A stretch of 20,573 nt of DNA, from assembly GCA_963977445.1 (NCBI GenBank), contig CAXBPH010000113.1:1-20573 (forward strand), in the 5' to 3' direction. Below, one piece after another: positions 1 through 9,054 of the stretch; the stretch's first letter is position 1, and each line of letters begins with the position of its first letter. Made by a program: the position numbers and the translations under genes. Origin of the DNA: an uncultured bacterium. GTDB lineage: Bacteria > Hydrogenedentota > Hydrogenedentia > Hydrogenedentales > JAEUWI01. The notes beneath the pieces were generated by a model, which saw only the letters and a list, made by a program, of their open reading frames with translations, was not told where the DNA came from and did not search any database.

Positions 1-1507
1 GGGCGGCGCGATGTTCTGCGGCGCTGTGGACCAGCCATTCCGGTTTCTCAAAGGTGTAGTCCATGGTCGGCGTGGTGCCTGCCGGTCCAAACCAATTCGG
101 GCGTTCGAGGCCCATCTTAACCCCAAAGTATGCCCCGGCTGCCGCCAGCCTGTCGTGGAGCGGGCTTTGCCGCACGTTGCGGCTCGTTTCCGGTTCCCGG
201 TTGGGCCAGGCCATTTGATAGTGCAACCCGAGCACTTCACCCACCCGTCCGCGGAGGTAGGCGCGGTTGTTGTGGAAGGGCATGAAGCGACGGATGTCGA
301 CCGACCATAAATCCATGGTCGCTTCACCGGCCACAATCCATTCGGCCAGATATTTTCCGGCACCACCCGCACTGGCGATACCGACCGAGTTAAAGCCCGC
401 ACCGACGAAGAGTCCCTGCACTTCGGGCGTTTCGCCCAGTAAAAAATTGTTATCCGGCGTGAAGCTTTCGGGGCCATTGACAAACTTCGGAAATTCGGCG
501 GTCTCCAACACGGGCATTCGATGACGCCCTGCCGCCAACGGCTCGGCGAATTTTTCCCAATCGGCTTCCAGCAGAGAAAACGAAAAGGGTTGGGGAATGG
601 GGTCGGCCGTCCAGGGTTTCGATCGATTCTGAAAGGCACCCAGCATGATGCCCGCTCCTTCGCCGCGGAAGTAAATCTGCGCGTCGGGATCCCGCCCACA
701 AGGCAAGTCGTCCCGACCGCCAGGGACCGGTTCGCTGACCACATAGTGGTGTTCCACCGGGTGCAGCGGCAGCGATACGCCAACCCCTTTGGCCAGCTGA
801 CGACTCCACATGCCCCCGCAGAGGACAACATATTCAGCGTTAATCGTCCCGCGACCCGTGCGGACACCGACAATCCGTTCCTCTTCGACGAGGAGTTCGG
901 AAACGGGGGTGTCCTCAATTATTTGAATCCCGTGATTGCGCGCACCTGCCGCGAGGGCCAGGGCCGTCTGTTCCGGGTTTACTTTGCCGTCGTGGGGCAG
1001 CCACACGCCACCGAGGAGATCCTCGGTGCGCAGGTCAGGCCAGTATTCTCCGGCTTTGCTCGCGCTGATAAGCTGGGCTTCGACACCGAAGCGTTCGGCC
1101 ATGGAGGCGGTTCGGCGCAGCTGGGTCATGCGGGCCGCGCTCTGGGCCACGATCAGACTGCCCACTTCTTTCCACCCGGTGGATACGCCCGTTTCTGCTT
1201 CAAGGCGTTGATAGAGTTCCACGCTGTACTTATTAATCTTGGTCAGACTGTTGGACGTGCGCAATTGGCCAACCATGCCCGCCGCATGCCAGGTGGTACC
1301 ACCGGCGAGTTTTGCCTGTTCCAGCAGTACCACATCACGCCACCCCAGTTGACCAAGGTGATAGGCCACACTGCACCCCGCAATACCGCCACCCACAATG
1401 ACGACCCGCGCTCGCTCCGGGAAGGCAAGCTCCTCCAGTGCCGGGGCTACTTGTGGTGTATCGCCAGTTTCATCGGGTATATCTGCCGCAGGGGGCTCGC
1501 TAAACAT
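1..1507 (-). CDS. GcvT-family FAD-dependent oxidoreductase (sarcosine/dimethylglycine dehydrogenase-like), 3' end outside the window
   Basis: Manual minus-strand translation from ATG at 1507 (SD-like GGAAAGG upstream): MFSEPPAADIPDETGDTPQVAPALEELAFPERARVVIVGGGIAGCSVAYHL...LLEQAKLAGGTTWHAAGMVGQLR (FAD-binding motif), later FVNGPESFTPDNNFLLGE, GFNSVGIASAGGAG, VDIRRF, GLERPNWF. These are characteristic of the family. Absent from the ORF track because there is no stop in the window. Confidence 0.93.
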   Translation of the reverse strand, partial: MFSEPPAADIPDETGDTPQVAPALEELAFPERARVVIVGGGIAGCSVAYHLGQLGWRDVVLLEQAKLAGGTTWHAAGMVGQLRTSNSLTKINKYSVELYQRLEAETGVSTGWKEVGSLIVAQSAARMTQLRRTASMAERFGVEAQLISASKAGEYWPDLRTEDLLGGVWLPHDGKVNPEQTALALAAGARNHGIQIIEDTPVSELLVEEERIVGVRTGRGTINAEYVVLCGGMWSRQLAKGVGVSLPLHPVEHHYVVSEPVPGGRDDLPCGRDPDAQIYFRGEGAGIMLGAFQNRSKPWTADPIPQPFSFSLLEADWEKFAEPLAAGRHRMPVLETAEFPKFVNGPESFTPDNNFLLGETPEVQGLFVGAGFNSVGIASAGGAGKYLAEWIVAGEATMDLWSVDIRRFMPFHNNRAYLRGRVGEVLGLHYQMAWPNREPETSRNVRQSPLHDRLAAAGAYFGVKMGLERPNWFGPAGTTPTMDYTFEKPEWLVHSAAEHRAA

Positions 1508-1751
1508 CGGTACTGAACCTTTCCATGGTGTTGGTCGTCAAATTGGGCACCGTTATGTGGAATATAACACGGGCAGCGAAGCGGGTCCACCGTCGAGGTG
1601 GGGGAAGAGCAAGACACGGAAGCGGTCATCATTAACGTACCGGCATCTATTTGAAGGGAATCAATGAAGCGGGTTTGTCTTCGGAGAGCGGGACGTTCCA
1701 TAATTGCCTTCACGACATCTATTCCCAAACCCCTTGGAACGAATCCCGCCG

Positions 1752-2852
1752 TTGAAGATATTGCATGTCTATAAGGACTATGACCCGCCCGTGCGCGGGG
1801 GGATAGAAGGCCATGTGGCCCGCCTATGTCGATACCAGCAACAATGGGCTTCGGTAGAAGTGCTGGTCTCCAGCCAATCCCGACATACCCGAAAACGAAT
1901 TCACGAGGGCATTCCCATTACGGATGTAGGGACCATGGGGCGTTTTCTACAGACCCCGCTCAGTCCTGCCCTCCCGTGGCACCTCTATCGGAGCGATGCC
2001 GACGTGATTGTGCTCCACCTGCCCAATCCCACCGCTGAAATTGGCTGGCTGCTCGCCCGATCGCGCGCTGCACTTGTTGTTCGTTATCATAGCGATGTCG
2101 TTCGTCAGGCGTCGGCCATGAAGGTCTATGGTCCGATCCAGCATCGTCTGCTCCAAAAGGCCGCGTTGATCCTGCCGACCTCGACCCCTTATCTGGAGAC
2201 GTCGCCCGTGCTGGCCCGCCATAAAGAACGATGTCGTGTGGTGCCCCTGGGCATCGAAACGGAAGCCTTTGCCGCCGCAGCCCCCGAAGATGTGGCGGAA
2301 CTCCACGCCCGATACGGATCGCCGTTTGTGCTCTTTTCCGGTAAGCATCGCTACTACAAGGGGCTCTCCGTCCTCGTGGATGCGGCAACGTCTATCGGGG
2401 CCCCGGTCGTGATTGCCGGAGACGGTCCAGAACGGGCGGCATTGATGGCCCAGGCCCAGGCCAAAGGGGTAACCATCCACTTTCCCGGCCCCCTCAGCCA
2501 TGAAGAACTCGTCGCCCACCTCCACGGTGCTGCCGTATTTGCCTTTCCCTCTGTAGCCCGGAGCGAAGCCTTTGGTATTTCGATTATGGAAGCCCACGCA
2601 TGCGGCTGTCCCGTCGTCGCCACCCGATTGGGCACAGGCGTAGAGTTTATCAACGAAGACGGCAAGACCGGATTCAACGTGCCCCCCGGGGATGGGCAGG
2701 CCCTGGCGGACGCCATCAATACCCTCCTGGATGACGAGGGCCTTCGCCAACGGATGGGAGACTACGCCCGTCAACGGGTGAAGACTGATTTTCACATCGC
2801 GAAAATAGCGGAGCAGGAGTGGCAGTGCTATCGGGAGGTCGCTCCATGTTAA
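1752..2852 (+). CDS. Glycosyltransferase family 4 (GT-B, RfaB-like)
   Basis: KILHVYKDY..GGIE N-terminus, HLPNP, YHSDVV, YYKGL, and SEAFGISIMEA (EX7E) motif. Start placed at TTG 1752; the ORF-track start at 1704 is also possible. Confidence 0.92.
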   Translation: MKILHVYKDYDPPVRGGIEGHVARLCRYQQQWASVEVLVSSQSRHTRKRIHEGIPITDVGTMGRFLQTPLSPALPWHLYRSDADVIVLHLPNPTAEIGWLLARSRAALVVRYHSDVVRQASAMKVYGPIQHRLLQKAALILPTSTPYLETSPVLARHKERCRVVPLGIETEAFAAAAPEDVAELHARYGSPFVLFSGKHRYYKGLSVLVDAATSIGAPVVIAGDGPERAALMAQAQAKGVTIHFPGPLSHEELVAHLHGAAVFAFPSVARSEAFGISIMEAHACGCPVVATRLGTGVEFINEDGKTGFNVPPGDGQALADAINTLLDDEGLRQRMGDYARQRVKTDFHIAKIAEQEWQCYREVAPC

Positions 2853-3943
2853 GAGAAGTGACCTACCTGACCTATGGGTACTGTTTCCTCCTCGCGGCCC
2901 TTTGTGCGGCCGGGACTACGGAACTCATGCGCCGGCTCGCGCTTCGTTGGCAGGTATTGGATCATCCTGGGAAACGTAAAAACCAGACGGAGCCCGTGCC
3001 CCTGCTCGGGGGCGTTGCGGTTGTGGCGACCCTATACACGGTATTGCTCGTTCATCTGTTTTTTTTCATACTCCTGGATCAGGTCGGCATCGCCCAAGTT
3101 CAGGGAGTCCTCCATGGTGCCCTGGGTCCCGGTGGGGCACTCAAGCTCTTTGGAATTCTTCTGGGCGGACTCATCATTTTCGCCCTGGGCCTGCTCGATG
3201 ATTTCAGGGCCTTGCGTCCCCTAAGCAAATTGGCGGGACAAGCCCTTGCCGGGTTGGTCCTCGTGCTCTGCCATGTGCGGATAGAACTGTTTGTCCTTTC
3301 CAACGTCTGGCTTTCCTGCGTAGTAACGATTTTCTGGGTCGTTTTGCTCATTAATGCCATGAATTTTCTCGACAATATGGATGGTTTATGCGGTGGAGTA
3401 TCCCTTATCGCGGCCCTTTCATTTTTTCTGTGTGTATTGCCCTTCGAACCCATGGTGCATTTGTTAATCCTCCTGTTTGCCGGGACCATCGCCGGGTTTC
3501 TCTTCCATAATCTGAGCCCTGCCCGCATCTATCTGGGCGACGCCGGTTCCATGTTTTGTGGCTACTTCCTCGCGACCATCGCCGTGCTGGGAACCTTTCA
3601 CGTGGAAGGCACCCCCCGACTGGCCGTCGCGTCGCCCCTTCTGGCCCTGGCGGTTCCCCTGTTTGATATGGTGAGCGTTGTCTATATTCGCTGGCGGGCG
3701 GGTGTACCCCTGATGGAGGGGGATCAGCGTCACTTTTCTCATCGTCTGGTTGCGTTGGGCATGTCGCCCCGGCAGGCGGTAGAATTCATATTCCTCGTCG
3801 CCGCCATCATCGGCTTGGGCGGTGCGTTGCTGCCCCGGTTGGACGTGGGAGGGACGGTCATCATCCTTGTTCAGACACTGGGAGTCTTTTTGCTCATCGT
3901 GCTGTTAATGGGCGCGAGTCAAAACAAGGGACGTGGACGTTGA
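2846..3943 (+). CDS. Undecaprenyl-phosphate GlcNAc-1-phosphate transferase, WecA/TagO-like (MraY/PNPT family)
   Basis: Polytopic membrane protein with DHPGKRK..VPLLGG, LGLLDD, NAMNFLDNMDGL, PARIYLGDAGS and DQRHFSHRL motifs. ATG 2846 is preceded by GGAGG and overlaps the GT4 stop. Confidence 0.92.
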   Translation: MLREVTYLTYGYCFLLAALCAAGTTELMRRLALRWQVLDHPGKRKNQTEPVPLLGGVAVVATLYTVLLVHLFFFILLDQVGIAQVQGVLHGALGPGGALKLFGILLGGLIIFALGLLDDFRALRPLSKLAGQALAGLVLVLCHVRIELFVLSNVWLSCVVTIFWVVLLINAMNFLDNMDGLCGGVSLIAALSFFLCVLPFEPMVHLLILLFAGTIAGFLFHNLSPARIYLGDAGSMFCGYFLATIAVLGTFHVEGTPRLAVASPLLALAVPLFDMVSVVYIRWRAGVPLMEGDQRHFSHRLVALGMSPRQAVEFIFLVAAIIGLGGALLPRLDVGGTVIILVQTLGVFLLIVLLMGASQNKGRGR

Positions 3944-6762
3944 CCAGGAAAAGCATTGAGACTCGGGGAAGGGTTGTTGCGGATGGAGACGTGGAGACAT
4001 CGAATTCCATTGGCTGGCCCGCAGCGTTTGCTCGGCCGAAGGACGCATTAATCGCCGGGGGCTGTCTGCTGACCTGGGGCGGCATCCTCGCCATCCTCGC
4101 CATGGGAAACCAGCTGCTCTATTTGAAACAGCTTATCCTGATCATTGCCGGTGCCCGCGTACAACCCTTGATCAGCGCCGAGTCACTTCAGAGTGCCGAT
4201 ATTGCCGTAGTTCTCTTTTGTGCCCTCATGGTCGTCGCTGCAGGCTATGTTCATGTGTCGGTGGGGCTGGCCGTTGTGCTGGCCCTTCGCCCCTGGCTGG
4301 ATGGTTTCACCTATCCTGCCGACAATGCGTATTTTCTCTGGGCTTCTTTTTATCTGCTTGGCCTGTGGGGCATTCGGCAGTATCGCGACCCCAAACCCTT
4401 TCGCGGGACCCTGCCCCTGATGCTGCTGGGGGCCTACCTGCTCTATGCGACCGTGGGGGCCCTTGCAAGCATACAGCCCTACTCGACCTATATTGATTCG
4501 CAATTGTGGCTGGGTTACGGGGCCTTGTTGTTGGTGACCATCAATGGCACGTCGGGCTCTCCCCAGGCCCGGGGCGTTGTGATGTTTGGGCTCCTCCTGG
4601 GCGTATTGGGCCAGGCACTATTTGCCTTTCCCCATCTGTACTACGTCTTGCCCTGGCTACGGGAAAGCCTGCAAAGCAATCCCGAGATGCTGTCCCGGTG
4701 GTTCAAGGGCGCGACGGAGTTCACCCCGGAACTGGCGCGCCGTTTTAATCTTAATCGCGCTTTCGCCAGTATGGTGTTTCCCAATGCACTGGCCGCCCTG
4801 CTGCTGCTGGGAATACCAGTTGCCGCCGCCTGGTTGGTGGAGGGAGTCCGTGGATGGCGCGCGACACGCTCCCGCAGTAAGCCCACAGAACCAGCGAGAT
4901 TCATGACCATGCTCGTGGTCGCCGTGCCCCTGTACGTGGTCGTTGCCTTAGTCGCCTTTGCCTTGGGGTATTTGTGTCTCACCTACAAACTACAACGTTG
5001 GCCCTGGTTTGGGAGTGTAGAGAACCTCGCCGTGTTAAGTGCGATTATCGCCGCCCTGCCCACGACCGCATTTCTACTCGCGGGTCGCCACGGTGGCATG
5101 GAACATGGCCTCCGCGTACTGCAGACGCTGTTGGGGCTGTTCGCCACCCCCCTCATGATTGGCGCCCTTTGGATTACTTATTCCCGGGGCGCCATGCTCG
5201 CCCTGATGCTTTCAACCCTCATCACGGTGGCCCTTCTTTGGCTCGGTCGCCGGAAGGGAAGCGTACGAAGCACCTCCATATCCTCGGTGGCATCGTTACT
5301 GCTGTTGCTGACGATGGGGGGGGGCGTGCTCCTCGCAACGATGCTGCCTGGAAAGGCCCTCGCGGCCAACGATGCGGAGACGCCCGCGCGGACCGTTCAG
5401 GCAGAGGGGATGGACATGACCATCACCGAGATGGCCAATCCGGCCTCCTTCTCCGCACGTCTGGGCTATTGGCGCGTTGCCCTTCGCATTGTCAGGGAGC
5501 ATCCCCTCCTGGGTGTCGGCCTGGGTAATTTTGGAATGGCCTATGGCCCGGAGCAGGATATCGACGCGGGGGACGTGCGCAATGCCCATAGTGTGCTTCT
5601 ACAGAATCTGTGCGAGGTGGGGATCCCCGGCTTCTTGCTCTTTGTTGCCTTCTGGGGATATTTCCTCTGGCGGGCGCTGCAGCGGCTGCGCGACAGATCC
5701 ACGCCGCTGGATCTCAGCCAGGTGGCCCTTATCGTCAGCCTGCTGGCTTTCTTGATTCACGCCACCATCGATATTAATTTTTCCCACCCGTCCCTGGTGA
5801 TGATGGCGATGGCCGCGTTGGGTCTCTTCTACGGAAGGAATTTGCCCTCCGAGACTTCGGGCCAAGACTGGGGAAGACGGGCAGGTGCCATGGTCCTCGT
5901 GTTGGGTGCTGCAGTATCCTCCGGGGTGGTGATGCGGCCCTTTCTGCAAAGTCTGGGGCTCAACGGTGGGAAATTTATTAACGTAAGCGACCGAAACTGG
6001 ACCGTCCAGCGACAGGACGCGGCCCAGGTTCTCATCGTGCAGAGCGCAATCTGGGCACGAAATGGAAAAGAAGGGCGACCGCCCCAATTACCCTTGAGTG
6101 AAATGGCCAGTCTCATTCCCGATACGAAACAGGTATATTCGCTCGCGAAAATCTTCGCGCCCGATAGTACTGGTGCCTGGCGGGAAGTGGGGCCCACCGA
6201 TCCCATCTACGGAAAACCGGTAGCCGAAATAAAACGCCCCTGGGATACCCACGCCATTGCCATGGAACGACTGGAGCAATGGGCCGATGAAATGGCCTTT
6301 CTCGACGCCCGCTTTCCCCACGACCCTTTTCTGGCGCTGACCCTGAGTCGCATCTACAAACTTATGGTCGAGCAGGCATCCGAACGGCAGGCTGATCGCA
6401 AGGAAGGCTATATTTCCAAAATGGAACGGTGGGCACAGGTGGCCCTGCATCGTAGTCCCCTGTTCAAGGATTCCCACCAGAATATGGCGTGGGTCTATTG
6501 GACCATGGCACCCTATCGGATGGGTCAGGAAAGTATTGATTGCTATATGAAGGCCCTTGACGAATTTGAGCGAGCCCAGGAATTGGGCCACCTGGAGCCG
6601 GGGTACTACTTCGCCTACGCGGGGGCGCTGGAAGCCATCGGTAAGTCCTATGGGACCCAGGGTCTGACCGACGAGGCCACCCGTTACGCAACCCAATCGG
6701 CCGAAATTCACGCTGCCGGCGAAGCCATACAGCGTGAGCGATGGGGGCGAGGCTTGCAATAG
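3940..6762 (+). CDS. O-antigen ligase (Wzy_C)-family membrane protein with a C-terminal helical/TPR-like domain
   Basis: RAFASMVFPNALA, TYSRGAML, RLGYWRVALRIVREHPLLGVGLGNF, NAHSVLLQNLCEVGIPG and LIHATIDINF motifs. Many TM segments. TTG start overlaps the upstream TGA; the start is uncertain. Confidence 0.85.
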   Translation: MTRKSIETRGRVVADGDVETSNSIGWPAAFARPKDALIAGGCLLTWGGILAILAMGNQLLYLKQLILIIAGARVQPLISAESLQSADIAVVLFCALMVVAAGYVHVSVGLAVVLALRPWLDGFTYPADNAYFLWASFYLLGLWGIRQYRDPKPFRGTLPLMLLGAYLLYATVGALASIQPYSTYIDSQLWLGYGALLLVTINGTSGSPQARGVVMFGLLLGVLGQALFAFPHLYYVLPWLRESLQSNPEMLSRWFKGATEFTPELARRFNLNRAFASMVFPNALAALLLLGIPVAAAWLVEGVRGWRATRSRSKPTEPARFMTMLVVAVPLYVVVALVAFALGYLCLTYKLQRWPWFGSVENLAVLSAIIAALPTTAFLLAGRHGGMEHGLRVLQTLLGLFATPLMIGALWITYSRGAMLALMLSTLITVALLWLGRRKGSVRSTSISSVASLLLLLTMGGGVLLATMLPGKALAANDAETPARTVQAEGMDMTITEMANPASFSARLGYWRVALRIVREHPLLGVGLGNFGMAYGPEQDIDAGDVRNAHSVLLQNLCEVGIPGFLLFVAFWGYFLWRALQRLRDRSTPLDLSQVALIVSLLAFLIHATIDINFSHPSLVMMAMAALGLFYGRNLPSETSGQDWGRRAGAMVLVLGAAVSSGVVMRPFLQSLGLNGGKFINVSDRNWTVQRQDAAQVLIVQSAIWARNGKEGRPPQLPLSEMASLIPDTKQVYSLAKIFAPDSTGAWREVGPTDPIYGKPVAEIKRPWDTHAIAMERLEQWADEMAFLDARFPHDPFLALTLSRIYKLMVEQASERQADRKEGYISKMERWAQVALHRSPLFKDSHQNMAWVYWTMAPYRMGQESIDCYMKALDEFERAQELGHLEPGYYFAYAGALEAIGKSYGTQGLTDEATRYATQSAEIHAAGEAIQRERWGRGLQ
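5316..5324 (+). repeat. G9 homopolymer within the ligase-like gene
   Basis: acgatGGGGGGGGGcgtg, read in frame as ATG GGG GGG GGC. Confidence 0.9.
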
Positions 6763-6782
6763 GCCTTTCGCACCCGTATTAT
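6754..6782 (+). promoter_or_regulatory. Sigma70-type promoter for the peptidase-efp-accBC unit
   Basis: TTGCAA (6754-6759), 17-nt spacer, TATTAT (6777-6782), about 60 nt upstream of ATG 6845. Confidence 0.65.
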
Positions 6783-6844
6783 GTACGGCTAACTCACTGC
6801 GAACAAAGTGTTTGCTTAATCCAAAGCTGAAGAGGTACCAGGTT

Positions 6845-7918
6845 ATGTCGGCCAGACTGGATGCGTTACGGGCGGAACTCAACGCCCACGATTGTGACGG
6901 TTTTGTCAGTTTTTTCCCATCCGCCAATGAATATTTGACGGAATTTCGGGGAAGTACCTCCGCCGTGTTGATTACCCGGAAATCGGCCATACTCCTTTGT
7001 GATTTCCGCTACACGGAACAGGCCGGCGAGCAAGTGACCGCTTTCGAGGTGGAAGAAGTGACCGGGGCCATCGAAACCCGAGCAGGAGAGTATCTGCAAC
7101 GGATGGGGGCCACTGCCGTAGCGCTGGAACCCGGCACCCTTACGTTGGCCCAAAGCGCCACCTTTGAAAAAGCCTTCGGTCGAGCAGCGATTTCTGTGCC
7201 CGGCATCGGCGTAAATGCCCGTCAGGTGAAGTCTCCCGAAGAGCGGGAAAAGCTCCGGGCATCCTCGCAACTGGCAGAGGCTGCCCTCGAATCCGTGTTG
7301 CCGCTCCTGGTTGAAGGTTACACCGAGGCCGAGTTTGTCGCACAGTTGGAATTTGAATTCAAAAAACGGGGGGCCCAGGGGGCATCTTTCGACCCCATCG
7401 CACTCTTCGGTTCCCGCAGCTCCCTTCCCCACGGAATGCCCGGAAAAAAAGGCCTGGAGCGTGGTGATATCGTTCTACTGGACCTGGGTTGTATCCTCGA
7501 AAGTTACTGTTCAGACTTGACTAGAACGTTTGTATTCGGTACCATCCCCGGAACATGGTTTGAAGAGATCTACCATGTGACCCTTACCGCCCAACTGGCC
7601 GCGCTTGATGCGGTTAAGCCGGGTGTGACCTGTCGCGACGTTGATGCTGTCGCTCGGGATATTATTGCAGACGCTGGCTATGGCAAGTATTTCGGCCATG
7701 GATTGGGGCACGGCGTCGGCTTGGAAATCCACGAAGCACCGCGATTGAACCAACATTCTGACACGATATTGGAACCCGGAATGGCGGTTACCGTCGAGCC
7801 GGGCATCTATCTGCCAGGCAAGGGTGGGGTGCGAATTGAAGATCTGGTATTGGTTACAGACTCGGGTTGCGAGATTTTGACGCAACTTCCAAAGGAATTG
7901 AAGGTACTCGGTTCATGA
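6845..7918 (+). CDS. Xaa-Pro aminopeptidase/dipeptidase (M24B, YqhT/PepQ-like)
   Basis: DFRY in the N-domain, plus SLPHG, LDLG..YCSDLTRT, HGLGHGVGLEIHEAP, TVEPGIY and GVRIEDLV metal-ligand motifs. ATG 6845 follows GAGG and lies downstream of the predicted promoter. Confidence 0.93.
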   Translation: MSARLDALRAELNAHDCDGFVSFFPSANEYLTEFRGSTSAVLITRKSAILLCDFRYTEQAGEQVTAFEVEEVTGAIETRAGEYLQRMGATAVALEPGTLTLAQSATFEKAFGRAAISVPGIGVNARQVKSPEEREKLRASSQLAEAALESVLPLLVEGYTEAEFVAQLEFEFKKRGAQGASFDPIALFGSRSSLPHGMPGKKGLERGDIVLLDLGCILESYCSDLTRTFVFGTIPGTWFEEIYHVTLTAQLAALDAVKPGVTCRDVDAVARDIIADAGYGKYFGHGLGHGVGLEIHEAPRLNQHSDTILEPGMAVTVEPGIYLPGKGGVRIEDLVLVTDSGCEILTQLPKELKVLGS

Positions 7919-8481
7919 GCATATCAACGTCTGACTTTCGAAACGGACTTGTCGTCGAGAGCGACAAGGGCCTGATGGAAATCGTTGAGTTCCAGCACGT
8001 AAAGCCTGGCAAAGGTCCCGCCTTTGTCCGCACCAAATTTAAATACCTCCTGTCGGGACGTGTCATTGAAAAGACGTACCGTTCAGGTGAAAAGTTTGAG
8101 GAAGCCCGCGTAGAATCTCAAACGTGGCAGTACCTCTATAATGATGGTGACCTTTTCCACTTCATGCACAATGAAACCTTTGAACAGCTTGAAGTCGGAA
8201 AAGAACTGGTGGACGAAAATGCCCGTTGGATGAAGGAAAATTCCAATGTCACCATTTTGTTTCACAATGGCAAAGCTATCGCCCTGAGTGTGCCGCTCAG
8301 TGTAGAACTGACAATCACAGAGTCCGATCCAGGCGTGCAGGGGGATCGCTCCTCCGGTGCGACCAAGCCGGCTACCCTGGAGACAGGTGTCACGATTCAA
8401 GTGCCCCTGTTTCTGGCGGAAGGTGATGTAGTGAAAGTAGATACACGCACGGGCTATTACCTGGAACGTATCAACAGCTAG
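7915..8481 (+). CDS. efp: Elongation factor P
   Basis: FQHVKPGKGPAFVRTK loop (Lys type), KPATLETG, VPLF...VKVDTRTGYY. ATGA overlap with the peptidase stop. Confidence 0.97.
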   Translation: MSISTSDFRNGLVVESDKGLMEIVEFQHVKPGKGPAFVRTKFKYLLSGRVIEKTYRSGEKFEEARVESQTWQYLYNDGDLFHFMHNETFEQLEVGKELVDENARWMKENSNVTILFHNGKAIALSVPLSVELTITESDPGVQGDRSSGATKPATLETGVTIQVPLFLAEGDVVKVDTRTGYYLERINS

Positions 8482-8558
8482 TTGGTACACAACAGGTGCA
8501 ATGGGATGGGTTGAGCGACTTATGTCACATGCACCGTCCATGATGGAGGGTATATTTC

Positions 8559-9035
8559 GTGGATTTAACCGATATTAAAGAACTTGTCAGCTTACTGGAA
8601 TCTTCCGAGCTGTCCGAATTAGAGATAGAAGAAGAAGGTCGTCGTATTCGATTGACCAAGCGCCCTGAGCCCATGATGGCCCCGACGACCGTGTCTGTCC
8701 CGGCTTCCGTGGCCGCTGCGCCCGTTGCCCCTGTGGCCGCGCCCGCTGCAGCGCCAAGTGCGCCCGCTGAGCTGACCCTGGCCGACGAAGGCCTCTTGTC
8801 CGTGGATTCGCCCATGGTGGGGACCTTCTACGTGTGCCCCGCGCCTGGTGAGCCGTCCTATGTTCAGTTGGGTGATACCATCAGCGCTGAGCATACCGTG
8901 TGCATCGTCGAGGCGATGAAAATCATGAACGAAGTCGCAGCGAAAGTCGCTGGGACCGTGGAGCGCATCCTGGTAGAAAACGGTGAACCGGTAGAGTTCG
9001 GACAACCGCTTTTCGCCATTCGCCCCGCTTCCTGA
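8559..9035 (+). CDS. accB: Acetyl-CoA carboxylase biotin carboxyl carrier protein
   Basis: Ala/Pro-rich linker, SPMVGTFY, EAMKIMNE biotinylation motif, VEFGQPLF. GTG start with GGAGG. Confidence 0.97.
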   Translation: MDLTDIKELVSLLESSELSELEIEEEGRRIRLTKRPEPMMAPTTVSVPASVAAAPVAPVAAPAAAPSAPAELTLADEGLLSVDSPMVGTFYVCPAPGEPSYVQLGDTISAEHTVCIVEAMKIMNEVAAKVAGTVERILVENGEPVEFGQPLFAIRPAS

Positions 9036-9054
9036 CGACGAAAGAGCTACCACT

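Noticed and set aside
521..1516. 331-aa plus-strand ORF (also 11..310)
   Set aside because: Codon-aligned antisense shadow of the minus-strand GcvT-family gene, which carries all the recognisable motifs.
1752..8481. Idea that the glycosyltransferases modify EF-P
   Set aside because: EF-P here has the Lys-type PGKG loop rather than the Arg targeted by EarP, the GT is an ordinary GT4, and a separate promoter (6754-6782) splits the two units.
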